Positions 27,256-36,695 of a stretch of DNA of 40,391 nucleotides are shown piece by piece. The stretch covers positions 1 to 40,391 of IMG/VR virus record IMGVR_UViG_3300038974_000627. One strand, written 5' to 3'. Each line of letters starts with the position of its first letter. The stretch's first letter is position 1. The notes under the pieces were generated by a model that was not told where the DNA came from, did not search any database, and saw only the letters and a list, made by a program, of their open reading frames with translations. Source of the DNA: a virus. Lineage: Duplodnaviria > Caudoviricetes. Made by a program: the position numbers and the translations under genes.

Positions 27256-27761
27256 GCGCAATGCCCAACGAGAACGGAAAAGTCAAGGTGGCGGGATATG
27301 TGAAGCTTGCCAAGCTATGGGAGCGTAGCCGTGACGAGGCGATAGCTTTTCACTCTTCATATTATGCGAACAAATACTCAGATTCATCGCAGTTCCAGCT
27401 TGTTGGGACATACATTGATATCACTGGCAAAAAGGAAATTCGGCAGCGTCCTGAAATGCTCCGGCTCATTCGTGATTGCTCTCTTGGCAAAGTCGAATGC
27501 ATTGATGAGCTGACAAGCGGATATCTGGCGGCGAATGCCAAGGAGTTTAGTTACCTTATAAAGATGCTGTTTGAGATGGGTAACGGCATCCAGATTCTAA
27601 CGGAAGATAAAGCGTACAACATTAACACCATCGAAGATGAGGATGCCCAACGCGAAGCTCTTTACAAAATGGCATCTGAATTGGTGGCTCTGGCCCCTGA
27701 TGACTATAATCAATGGAGCGCTAAGGTCATTACGGGTATGGATCACTTAGCAGGAGAGTAA
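27252..27761 (+). CDS. Degenerate resolvase-like domain protein
   Basis: VAGYVKLA replaces Y.RVS. Retains YID..G...RPEM.RLIRDC..GK. Confidence 0.75.
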   Translation: MSAMPNENGKVKVAGYVKLAKLWERSRDEAIAFHSSYYANKYSDSSQFQLVGTYIDITGKKEIRQRPEMLRLIRDCSLGKVECIDELTSGYLAANAKEFSYLIKMLFEMGNGIQILTEDKAYNINTIEDEDAQREALYKMASELVALAPDDYNQWSAKVITGMDHLAGE

Positions 27762-27781
27762 AAACAGGAGATGACGCCATC

Positions 27782-29803
27782 ATGGACGATATCAAGGAAA
27801 CACAATATACGGAGGCTGCCGGGGATGCCGAGACTTCAGTTGACGCGAGTGTGACACCTTCAGAAAGCTCAGATAAGTCTCGCGATTTAATTGAGCGCCC
27901 GTGGCGGCCACAGGATGCAGACAGAGACAGTCTCAAGTACGCGATTCGCCAGCGAGTTAGGAATACGACAGCGTCTCCTAATGCTGTCATCATATATCCA
28001 GACCCTACGCCTACAATACAAGATGAGGACGAAAAGCGAGTTGCTGTATATGCTCGTGTCAGCACAAAAAGCACGGAGCAAGTCTCTTCGATAGAAAACC
28101 AGACGAAGTATTACACGGAGAAAGTCGAGCAGACTCCGAATTGGGAGCTGCAGCAGATATATAGTGATGAGGGCAAGTCTGGAACTTCAATAAAAAAGCG
28201 CACGGAGTTCATGCGGATGATGCAGGATGCTGCAGACAACAAGATGGATCTTATCCTGTGCGCAAGCGTATCCAGATTTGCCAGAAACATTGCCATCTGC
28301 ACAGAACAGCTGCGCCTGCTTCGGACACAAAACCCATCCCACCCGGTCGGAGTTTACTTCGAAACTGAAAACATATATACGCTCGACCCTAAGAGCAGCC
28401 AGTCTTTATCAATCCACGCCATGCTTGCTGACTGGGAGTCGGCACAAAAGAGCAGCCGCATGATTTTATCTTACGACCAACGCATCTGCATGGGGCAATA
28501 TCCTATATCAGATTTACTGGGATATCGACATACGCCCGACGGCCAACTCATCATACAAGAAGACGAGGCTATTACAGTTCGGTTTGTCTTTCTGGCTTAC
28601 ATCTGCGGATATTCGCTACCTGAGATTGCTCAGATCCTGACGGAAAAGGGTAGAAAGACGCTAAAGGGCAATACGACATGGGATTCTCGAATGGTAAAGG
28701 AGATCATGCTGAACGAGCGGCGCTGGGGCGACCTCGACGTTAGAAAAAGGATCGTCATTGACTACGTCGAGGGCAAAACAATAAAGAATATCAAGACAAG
28801 AGTCAAGGCTTTCGTCCCGGCTCATCATGAGGGCATTGTAACGCCGGAACTCGCAAAAGCGGCGCATTGCGTATTCGCAAATACCCGCGCGACAGGTGGC
28901 GTGTCGGAACTGAATGTCATAGAGAGTGGGGCGTTGAAGGGCTTCGTGAGCATTTGCCCAACGTGGGGCGGCATCAGCGCAGACATTATAAAGCAGATCA
29001 GTCGAGGTGTATATACTGAAGCTGAGTTTGACGAGCTCCAGCAGAAAGCTCGAATCTTCTCAGGAGGACAACACAGTAATGTCCTCTCGATGCAATTAAC
29101 AGGCTATGAAGTACCACATGGCGTTTTCTTCATAAACAGGAGCACATCAACAATAACGCTCTCGCCGTCTCGCATACAGTTCAGCAAATCAAGCCATATA
29201 AACCTTGGCCAGAGTGAATCGGTCGAGATACTGTATCATCCATTTCTCCAAGCCTTGGTGATACGTGCTTGTGACTCCAATTCACCAAACGCTTTCAAGT
29301 GGGAAAATGACAACGGGGAAATCGTGACGAGCATTGCGGCAAGGGCATTCTGTGGCGCGATATATGATGAGATGATGTGGATGCATCAGTACAAGTTCAA
29401 GTTCCGGGGGATTACCAGAACGCGAGGCAACGCTAAGATGCTTATGTTCTATCTGGATGAACCTCAGATCCTGCCGGGCAAAAGAAAGCAACCGCAGGAA
29501 GACAGCCTCTCAATCGATGAAGCCCAAAGTGCAGTGAAGTATATTCCATACAAACGAGATAGCGTTGATCATGGTACCGAGGATGTGGAGGCTGATATAA
29601 CGTATGCTTACCCAGATGTCTGGGGTGGCACAACAGTTGGTTCGAGCTACGCTGCACGTAAGCTCCGCGACACAATCATTGATACTCTTACGGAAGAAGA
29701 CATCTCAATTCAAGGCACAGCGGTGTTGAATCCGATGATCGGAGAGATCCCCACCAGAGAGGAATTACTCAGGGAAGTAGACCAATTGCTCATGTCGATG
29801 TGA
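27782..29803 (+). CDS. Large serine recombinase with atypical C-terminal domain
   Basis: YARVST, SRFARN, LLGY, HEGIV. No CxxC Zn ribbon after the recombinase domain. Confidence 0.92.
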   Translation: MDDIKETQYTEAAGDAETSVDASVTPSESSDKSRDLIERPWRPQDADRDSLKYAIRQRVRNTTASPNAVIIYPDPTPTIQDEDEKRVAVYARVSTKSTEQVSSIENQTKYYTEKVEQTPNWELQQIYSDEGKSGTSIKKRTEFMRMMQDAADNKMDLILCASVSRFARNIAICTEQLRLLRTQNPSHPVGVYFETENIYTLDPKSSQSLSIHAMLADWESAQKSSRMILSYDQRICMGQYPISDLLGYRHTPDGQLIIQEDEAITVRFVFLAYICGYSLPEIAQILTEKGRKTLKGNTTWDSRMVKEIMLNERRWGDLDVRKRIVIDYVEGKTIKNIKTRVKAFVPAHHEGIVTPELAKAAHCVFANTRATGGVSELNVIESGALKGFVSICPTWGGISADIIKQISRGVYTEAEFDELQQKARIFSGGQHSNVLSMQLTGYEVPHGVFFINRSTSTITLSPSRIQFSKSSHINLGQSESVEILYHPFLQALVIRACDSNSPNAFKWENDNGEIVTSIAARAFCGAIYDEMMWMHQYKFKFRGITRTRGNAKMLMFYLDEPQILPGKRKQPQEDSLSIDEAQSAVKYIPYKRDSVDHGTEDVEADITYAYPDVWGGTTVGSSYAARKLRDTIIDTLTEEDISIQGTAVLNPMIGEIPTREELLREVDQLLMSM

Positions 29804-29828
29804 CAGGCACGAATGAATGGAGGCAGCC

Positions 29829-30614
29829 ATGGACAGCGAAATGCAAACGAAATTAGACACGGAACAAAACGAGAAAAAAGGAACCGCCTACTCTGCCAAG
29901 GAGCAGGAGCTTATTCATCAGCTTGTTCAAGCGCGCTTGGAGCAGAAGGAAGACTTGCCGTTTGAGAACCTCGACGGCTACGAGCTCCCACCAAGGACTC
30001 AGTTCTCTATGCTTAAGAAGCCGGCAGTAAGCATCAAGTACGGGCGTTTCACCTGCAACATGGCATGCATCCGGCTGTTCGAAGGAGTCAGATACATACT
30101 GCCCATTGTAAACCGCGAGAAAAAGCGACTCGCTATTGTCACATGCGCGGAAGAAGAAAGTGCTTCTGTGGAGTGGGCGCGACCGAAAGAAGAATCATGG
30201 GTCAACAAGGATATTACCTCGCTCGAGTTCATCAAAAAGATATTCGACCTGATGGGTTGGGACGACAAATGCAGATATAAGGCGCTTGGTCGCATTGCCG
30301 CCTCACCGCGGGGTTTGATACTCGTCTTTGACCTCGAGGAATCCATCATGTTTACACCTACTCCGATAGAGTATGTCGACAAAAATACTGGTGAAATCAA
30401 AAAACGCCAAGTGAAATACTATCCAGACGAGTACAAAGACTGCATTGGAAAGTCTTATAATGACTATGCCGCAAGCCAGCAGTTGAACCTCTTCGAAGCC
30501 TTTGACGGTTATGCGGCTCAAACTGGAGAAGCTGCAATGCCAATTGCAGCTTCTCCAGAAAGACCACCAGCAAATGCTCTCGTGAACGGAAATGGTGGCG
30601 GATATGATTATTGA
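29829..30614 (+). CDS. Recombinase-associated protein, paralogous to the recombinase C-terminal domain
   Basis: LDGYELP...PAVSI aligns with LTGYEVP...STITL of the upstream gene. GGAGG before ATG 29829. Confidence 0.8.
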   Translation: MDSEMQTKLDTEQNEKKGTAYSAKEQELIHQLVQARLEQKEDLPFENLDGYELPPRTQFSMLKKPAVSIKYGRFTCNMACIRLFEGVRYILPIVNREKKRLAIVTCAEEESASVEWARPKEESWVNKDITSLEFIKKIFDLMGWDDKCRYKALGRIAASPRGLILVFDLEESIMFTPTPIEYVDKNTGEIKKRQVKYYPDEYKDCIGKSYNDYAASQQLNLFEAFDGYAAQTGEAAMPIAASPERPPANALVNGNGGGYDY

Positions 30615-30993
30615 TAACGAGACCCCGAACGGAAAGATTAAGAGTACTCGAATCGCTATATCAATACAGGGTTATCGTAATGCCATAAGCATAGGCAAAG
30701 AAGTCGTTCACGTGCTTGGTAATCCTCCTTATATCTGCCTGCGGGTAAATGACACATATAAATCAGTCGCAATATCGCCGTGTGAGCCAACAGAGGTTCT
30801 CTCATTCAAAACACCGGAGAACCTATTCACAAACCGGCATGTTGTCTTCCGCATCTATAGTCAGGAGTTTATAAAAGGGCTGCTTCGTGCCAACGGATTA
30901 GACACAGAACAATCATACTCGTTGAAGGGCACCTATTCAGAAAAAAACAATGCTGTAGTTTTCAGCTTTGATGAAGTCCAGAGAGAGGGGTAG
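30604..30993 (+). CDS. Small recombinase-associated protein (third copy of the same domain)
   Basis: Shares the I..C, F(I)..I/L, Y...G and VF pattern with the two upstream proteins. Confidence 0.75.
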   Translation: MIIDNETPNGKIKSTRIAISIQGYRNAISIGKEVVHVLGNPPYICLRVNDTYKSVAISPCEPTEVLSFKTPENLFTNRHVVFRIYSQEFIKGLLRANGLDTEQSYSLKGTYSEKNNAVVFSFDEVQREG

Positions 30994-30997
30994 CGAT

Positions 30998-31360
30998 ATG
31001 AGCGGTGGTCGATTTAATTACGCAAATGACAGCTTGTGCGAAGAAATCTTTGGCTGGAATCTTCACCCTGACTATGGCGAAAAAGGCTTCAGCAAATCGG
31101 CTGAAGCACGGAAAATCAACCCACTGAAAGATGCTGAGTTATCCGAAATGGTGTATGATATGTTCTGCGTTCTGCACAGCTTCGACTGGTGTGCATCGGG
31201 AGATACTGGGGAAGAAACATACATAAGCGATGTCAGCCGATTCAAAAAGAAGTGGCTAAAGGTCACCGCCGAGCAGCGGTACAAACGGCAAATTGACCTT
31301 CAGCTTGAGGAATGCCGAAACGATCTATATCGGATTTTTGGCGTTGAAGAAAACGAATAG
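30998..31360 (+). CDS. Hypothetical protein (starts MSGGRFNY)
   Basis: GAGGGG RBS. Lies within the plus-strand gene run. Confidence 0.75.
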   Translation: MSGGRFNYANDSLCEEIFGWNLHPDYGEKGFSKSAEARKINPLKDAELSEMVYDMFCVLHSFDWCASGDTGEETYISDVSRFKKKWLKVTAEQRYKRQIDLQLEECRNDLYRIFGVEENE

Positions 31361-31371
31361 CGAGGTGTTTC

Positions 31372-32259
31372 ATGTACTATCTCACCGGAGATATCCACGG
31401 CGATGTACGTCGGCTTCTTAATGATTTCAAGCGTTATGATATACAGTCAACCGACACCGTCATCCTCCTCGGCGATGTGGGCCTAAACTACTACGGGAGC
31501 GACCGAGGCGATAATAAGTCAAAGAAGTTCCTCAATAAGCAAGGGGTCACGGTGTTCTGCATCCACGGAAACCATGAAATGCGTCCCGAGACAATTGCAT
31601 CATACGAGGAAACGAAATGGAATGGCGGTGTCGTGTACTATGAGCCTGCATATCCAAACCTTCTGTTTGCCAAGGACGGCGAGGTGTTCGACCTTGACGG
31701 ATACAGGGTGGTTGTTATTGGCGGCGCTTATTCAGTGGACAAGTTCTATCGGCTACAGCGTGGAATGTCGTGGTTCGATGATGAACAGCCGTCTGCTGAA
31801 ACAAAGGCCCGTGTAGAGCATAACTTGGATGCTGTGGGGTGGATGGTCGACTGTGTTTTGTCTCACACCTGCCCAGCGCGATACACGCCCACAGAGGCAT
31901 TCCTGTCTGGCTTAGACCAAAGCTCCGTAGATAGAAGCACGGAAGAATGGCTGGACTCAATTGAAGAACGCCTTTGCTATGGCTCTTGGTTCTGCGGGCA
32001 CTGGCACATAGAAAAGCACATTGACAAAATGTACTTCTTGATGAAAAGTTACGAGGCGCTGGCGCCGCTCGAGGACTATACCATACCAGTCGATGAGCAG
32101 ACATTTCGTGACTTCACGGCGTTATGCGAAAGAAAACATACCTCCGTAGATATTGTCACACGTGCAATGTTCCGTTATTTCATTGATCCAAAGAATCGGG
32201 AAACGATAAAGCGATGGGCTGATGAATTTCGTGAAAGGGAGTGCTCCGAAAATGAGTGA
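31372..32259 (+). CDS. Calcineurin-like metallophosphoesterase with RHH-like C-terminal extension
   Basis: GDIHG, GD, GNHE, SHTCP and GHWH. Confidence 0.92.
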   Translation: MYYLTGDIHGDVRRLLNDFKRYDIQSTDTVILLGDVGLNYYGSDRGDNKSKKFLNKQGVTVFCIHGNHEMRPETIASYEETKWNGGVVYYEPAYPNLLFAKDGEVFDLDGYRVVVIGGAYSVDKFYRLQRGMSWFDDEQPSAETKARVEHNLDAVGWMVDCVLSHTCPARYTPTEAFLSGLDQSSVDRSTEEWLDSIEERLCYGSWFCGHWHIEKHIDKMYFLMKSYEALAPLEDYTIPVDEQTFRDFTALCERKHTSVDIVTRAMFRYFIDPKNRETIKRWADEFRERECSENE

Positions 32260-32500
32260 ATCGCTTGATCTCAGCAAGTGCTACAGGGTAACTCGTGAAG
32301 AGTTTCAAGCTAATGTGGACTGCATGCTGGAAAAGGTAGAATCCGGCTGTAGTCCCATTTTGATATATACGGAGGGAAAGCCGGATCTTCTTCTCTTCGG
32401 CTGGTCTGACTACTTAGAACGCTTCGGATGCCTCTATACTGCTGAACAAATCGCAGAGATTGAGGAAGCTTGCCGGAACTACAAAGAGCAAGACGAGTAA
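32252..32500 (+). CDS. Phd/YefM antitoxin-like protein
   Basis: VTREEFQANVDCMLEKV...PILI..EGKPDLLL pattern. Confidence 0.6.
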   Translation: MSESLDLSKCYRVTREEFQANVDCMLEKVESGCSPILIYTEGKPDLLLFGWSDYLERFGCLYTAEQIAEIEEACRNYKEQDE

Positions 32501-32536
32501 CCCATAGCAGCTAAATACTATAGAGGAGGGCTTTGA

Positions 32537-33085
32537 ATGGTCTACTTCACCGCTGATCTCCATATCGGGCATGCGAATATCCTTAAACATACCAACAGGC
32601 CCTTCGCGTCTGTGGATGAGATGAACAAGGCTCTTTGCGATAACTGGAACCGACGAGTCAATCGCAACGACACTGTATTTATTCTCGGCGACTTTTTCTT
32701 CCGCAATACAGTTCCTGCAAACGAATATCTTCAACGGCTGAAAGGCAAGAAACACCTGATTATCGGGAACCATGACAAGGGCTGGATGAAAAAGGCGGAT
32801 CTCGACCGCTTCTTCTTGAGCGTTCAGCATTTTGCGGAACTAAGTGATGGCAATCACAAGCTGGTGCTTTGCCATTATCCGCTCATGACATGGAACGGTG
32901 CCAGCCGAGGACGATATTTGATCCACGGCCACATTCATGACAATACCGACAGCGAATACTGGCCTCTGCTTTGCGGTATGCCAAACGCTTTGAATGCAGG
33001 AGTGGAGATTAACGGCTACGCGCCGGTAACATTCGATGAATTGGTCGCCAATAATGTGGCTTTCAAGGAGGCAAACATCACATGA
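32537..33085 (+). CDS. Calcineurin-like metallophosphoesterase (short type)
   Basis: ADLHIGH, LGD, GNHD, HYP and HGHIH. Confidence 0.93.
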   Translation: MVYFTADLHIGHANILKHTNRPFASVDEMNKALCDNWNRRVNRNDTVFILGDFFFRNTVPANEYLQRLKGKKHLIIGNHDKGWMKKADLDRFFLSVQHFAELSDGNHKLVLCHYPLMTWNGASRGRYLIHGHIHDNTDSEYWPLLCGMPNALNAGVEINGYAPVTFDELVANNVAFKEANIT

Positions 33086-33825
33086 TCTTTATTACCGGCG
33101 ATACCCACGGTGAGTATGAGCGTTTTTCAAGCCAGAACTTCCCTGAACAGAAGCGACTGACAAAAGAAGATTACGTTATCATTTGTGGTGACTTTGGAAT
33201 ATGGGACGACAGTCCAAGCGAGCGGTATTGGTTCAAGTGGCTGGACGAGAAACCGTTCACCACGCTGTTCGTCGATGGGAATCACTCGAATTATGACCTT
33301 CTGGCGCGGTACCCGGTTAATGAGTGGCACGGCGGCAAGGTTCAGTTTATCCGACCATCACTCATTCACCTCATGCGCGGACAGGTATACGATATCGGCG
33401 GTCACTCCTTCTTTACAATGGGTGGTGCCAGCTGTCACGATATCGGTGATGGCATACTCGATCCGGATGCACCTGATTTTGCCGAGCAGTATAAGCGACT
33501 TGCAGCACGCAGAGCCATGTTCCGCATCAATCACCGTTCGTGGTGGAAAGAGGAACTCCCATCCGACGAGGAATACGCAATAGCGAGGGAAAGCCTGACG
33601 CAGCACGACATGGAGGTTGACTACATCATCACGCATTGTGCGCCGAACAGCATCGCCCAGCTCATTACCGGGTCGTTGTATCAGCCGGACGCCCTCACAG
33701 CGTTCCTCGAGGAAGTGAAAGAACAGTGCAAATACCGATACTGGTTTTTTGGGCACTACCATGAAAATGCGGTTATCGCGCAGAAGCATGTGGTTCTGTA
33801 TGAACAGATAATCGAATTGAATTGA
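33082..33825 (+). CDS. Calcineurin-like metallophosphoesterase
   Basis: GDTHG, CGDFG, DGNH, THCAP and GHYH. Confidence 0.93.
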   Translation: MIFITGDTHGEYERFSSQNFPEQKRLTKEDYVIICGDFGIWDDSPSERYWFKWLDEKPFTTLFVDGNHSNYDLLARYPVNEWHGGKVQFIRPSLIHLMRGQVYDIGGHSFFTMGGASCHDIGDGILDPDAPDFAEQYKRLAARRAMFRINHRSWWKEELPSDEEYAIARESLTQHDMEVDYIITHCAPNSIAQLITGSLYQPDALTAFLEEVKEQCKYRYWFFGHYHENAVIAQKHVVLYEQIIELN

Positions 33826-33860
33826 TGAAATCGCCACGCGGCAGATGGAGGTGAGGTGGC

Positions 33861-34412
33861 ATGCTTTCAAGAGCAGCATTCATTTCAGCAATAAAAAAGA
33901 TTCGGGCACAGGAAGCAGCAGTTGAAGAATTCAACATGGCGATTAGAAAGCTCAGCGACGGTATCACCACCTTCGATATTGATAACCAGTACCTCGAAGC
34001 GTTGCGTGATGTGCTTTCGGAGGCCATGCACGACACAGGCGACTGGATCGGATGGTGGCTGTTTGAGGCCAGCGATTATATGGTCTCATGGGACGAGGAT
34101 GGGAAAGAGGTCAGCGTCAATCTTGAAGATGTAAATGACCTGTACGATTTCATGGTGAATAATGCCGTCACACTTACGGATGAGCAGCTCCCAATGACGG
34201 ATATGCAGTTCGGCATGGGAGTGTCCCCAGCATGCGCTCAAAAGTCTGTTGAATACTGCGAATACACGAATTGCTTTGACCGTATCACGCATTATGTGAG
34301 GGACAACAATGTCGCACTTCATATAACTGAAAACGGCGAATCGCAATACGTTCTCATGAACACAAAAATGTGGAACCAGCACATTTCCAGAAGTTCAGCA
34401 AAAGAGGGTTAA
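33861..34412 (+). CDS. Hypothetical protein with Phd/YefM-like C-terminal segment
   Basis: C-terminus F..I...V......ITENGESQYVLMN. GAGGTG RBS. Confidence 0.65.
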   Translation: MLSRAAFISAIKKIRAQEAAVEEFNMAIRKLSDGITTFDIDNQYLEALRDVLSEAMHDTGDWIGWWLFEASDYMVSWDEDGKEVSVNLEDVNDLYDFMVNNAVTLTDEQLPMTDMQFGMGVSPACAQKSVEYCEYTNCFDRITHYVRDNNVALHITENGESQYVLMNTKMWNQHISRSSAKEG

Positions 34413-34415
34413 CAC

Positions 34416-34721
34416 ATGGATGGATATGACAAGCTCCTCGGCGACATATGCGACATCGTGGATCAAATGAATGGCCTGCGAGATATCGCGTATAAGCATT
34501 ACGCGACCTTGGTAGCAGACGTCATCGCAGATCAAATCACTGATATCAAAGCTATAGAGAAAATCATGGATGGCCTCTGTGATTTCGGTGATGAGAAGCG
34601 GTTTTTAGATTTATACAGATCGCTCTGTAGGCACGTCTATTACAGGTATCCGGAGATCGTAGGCGAACATATCGTCCTGTTCAGGATGCAGTGGATGACA
34701 AAAGACGATGAGCTTGAGTGA
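34416..34721 (+). CDS. Hypothetical protein
   Basis: 101-aa ORF with GAGG RBS, in operon context. Confidence 0.7.
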   Translation: MDGYDKLLGDICDIVDQMNGLRDIAYKHYATLVADVIADQITDIKAIEKIMDGLCDFGDEKRFLDLYRSLCRHVYYRYPEIVGEHIVLFRMQWMTKDDELE

Positions 34722-34750
34722 AACTTATTCATACTTTAGGAGTGTATGGC

Positions 34751-34921
34751 ATGGATGAACTGACAAATACAGAACTGGCTACCCGCCTTCGTGATAATGC
34801 AGAATGGTGTGAGGCCAATGAGTGGGAGATACCGATTTGTATGGGAGATGACCAGCGCGAAGCAGCTGATCGTCTGGAAGCAATGGCGAAAAGGCTCGAT
34901 GAGTTAGGGGCGAGAAAGTGA
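34751..34921 (+). CDS. Small hypothetical protein
   Basis: AGGAG before ATG 34751 (GTG 34718 is an alternative start). GTGA overlap with the next gene. Confidence 0.6.
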   Translation: MDELTNTELATRLRDNAEWCEANEWEIPICMGDDQREAADRLEAMAKRLDELGARK

Positions 34922-36159
34922 AAGCACCAGGAGTTAAGCACTATATTCATGTTCTGAAAAGCCACAATTACAGGAGCGTTGACAACAGCAGCTCATATGA
35001 TGAACACACCTACGAACTGCTGGATGAGATATTTGAACTGTTAAAAAGGGTATCGCCGGTATCGCATAACGGAGCGTGGGAGCTGTGGTTTACAGTTGAA
35101 CGCGGTACCATCGAAGACTTCGGGGATTTCAAAGAGATGCTCGAAGACGGTGAGGTCGAAAGCCGCGAAGAATTTGAGCAGTTTTGGAAAGACGAGTTCC
35201 CGAATGAAACCGAATGGTATCGGTTCACAGCAGTCGAGGACATCGATATTGGATACCGTGCAATCTCCGTTGGGAATAAGTTTGTCATCGAGGATGACTC
35301 CCGTAAGCAACGCACAACTTTCCCGTATGACATCTCCGAATTCACTGAATGGATTCGAGACAGTATCAAAAACTGTATTGCTGATCTTGAGAATGGCACT
35401 TACAACGAGCGCATCCAGCGCGAACTGCCGCCGCAGCATCGGACAGGTACAATCATTCGCAAATATCTATGGGACGTTTTCCCTGAAGCAAGGGAGTCGT
35501 TTTTCAAAGATATCTCGCATCTGGATATCGACGAGTTCGTCAAGTGCGCCAACGAGCAAACTGACAATCCTACCGACTTGAAAGGTCGAATTTCGAGAAT
35601 GACCGCAAACGACTTCTACGCCTATTGCGCTCTCGGATATAAGGCCAACAACTATGAGGGAACGGATCTACCGCTTCGCATACAGTACGAAAAGCATGCT
35701 GATGGTCGGGATGACGGATTAGGTGAAATCGATCCGGGTTCTGCCGAGGATTTTCACGCTTGGCTTTGTGATAGGAATCTGCGCGGTGGTCATCCGTGGG
35801 AAGTGTGTCGCGGTGGTAACTCGACGCACATCAGCCTCCATGTTGGCATCGATGGCGATGGCTACTATCTCAGTGTCGCAGGCGATGCATGGAGCAGAAC
35901 CATTGAATCCGTTAAGTTCTATCTCGCCCTGCGGCGAGAGGGGCTCCCGGTTTTCATGCACGAAGCTAAAATACTGGCGGACCGATTGACAGGAAAAGAG
36001 AAAATCGGAATCGTTCCCGATGGAGTAATGCCGGCGTATTGCGAGAGCCTTTTCCCCGGAGAGAAGGTAATCGACTTTATGAATCTTCCATATGAAAATC
36101 GGGACGAGATGGTCAAGCATTGTGTGTGGTATCAAGAGAAAGAAGTCTTACTTGTTTAA
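34918..36159 (+). CDS. Hypothetical protein, 413 aa
   Basis: Long ORF containing ADGRDDGL and GGHPWEV.RGGNSTHI, which look like conserved motifs. Confidence 0.85.
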   Translation: MKAPGVKHYIHVLKSHNYRSVDNSSSYDEHTYELLDEIFELLKRVSPVSHNGAWELWFTVERGTIEDFGDFKEMLEDGEVESREEFEQFWKDEFPNETEWYRFTAVEDIDIGYRAISVGNKFVIEDDSRKQRTTFPYDISEFTEWIRDSIKNCIADLENGTYNERIQRELPPQHRTGTIIRKYLWDVFPEARESFFKDISHLDIDEFVKCANEQTDNPTDLKGRISRMTANDFYAYCALGYKANNYEGTDLPLRIQYEKHADGRDDGLGEIDPGSAEDFHAWLCDRNLRGGHPWEVCRGGNSTHISLHVGIDGDGYYLSVAGDAWSRTIESVKFYLALRREGLPVFMHEAKILADRLTGKEKIGIVPDGVMPAYCESLFPGEKVIDFMNLPYENRDEMVKHCVWYQEKEVLLV

Positions 36160-36354
36160 TACGATATCTGAAATCGCTCCTAATAGAGCTTTTTTCCATC
36201 AAGCATAACATGAGTTGCCGCTCGAGGGAGAACAACCGTTTTTCAGAGGTTTGGACTGAAATGTTGCCCAAAGCAAAACGCCACATCACTCAGCAAAAGG
36301 GTTTATAAACAGGTGCCATAATTATAACCCATATTTTATGGAGAGGAGACAACA

Positions 36355-36579
36355 ATGCAAGAAGCAAGTTCTACATATCCTGAAGATTTAAAGAGAATCT
36401 GGATTGAACGGCTATGGCTGGACTACTATAATCGGGTTCTGCTTGATAAGAGCCTGATTTCCCAGAGTAGCTATCGGAAGATGACTTCTCTTATTCGTCA
36501 GCGCTGTTTTTCTCAGCTACAAAGAAGTGGTCATGCAATGCTTCCACCGTTCCAGTTTAAGGGCAGATACACTCAATAA
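36355..36579 (+). CDS. Small hypothetical protein (SHOCT-like)
   Basis: GGAGAGGAG RBS. LWLDYYN.VLLDKSLIS...Y.KM. Confidence 0.6.
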   Translation: MQEASSTYPEDLKRIWIERLWLDYYNRVLLDKSLISQSSYRKMTSLIRQRCFSQLQRSGHAMLPPFQFKGRYTQ

Positions 36580-36695
36580 CATTTGATACTGGTATTCAGA
36601 TTGAACCAGCAGTTCAATGACATTCCCGGCGGCATCCGATAAAATACAACCATGATGAAGTTATCGATACAAACGGACGAATAGGAGTGAATTAT

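Larger units (their letters stand above)
13127..30993. mobile_element. Core of a composite serine-recombinase integrative element or genomic island (ends not determined)
   Basis: Five recombinase-related genes, three repressor switches, a sigma-like gene, MazF, ParB-like genes and an AAA_25 ATPase. No att sites identified. Confidence 0.7.

Noticed and set aside
13127-30993. Prophage or complete conjugative element
   Set aside because: No terminase, capsid, tail, relaxase, VirB4 or coupling protein was recognised in this window.
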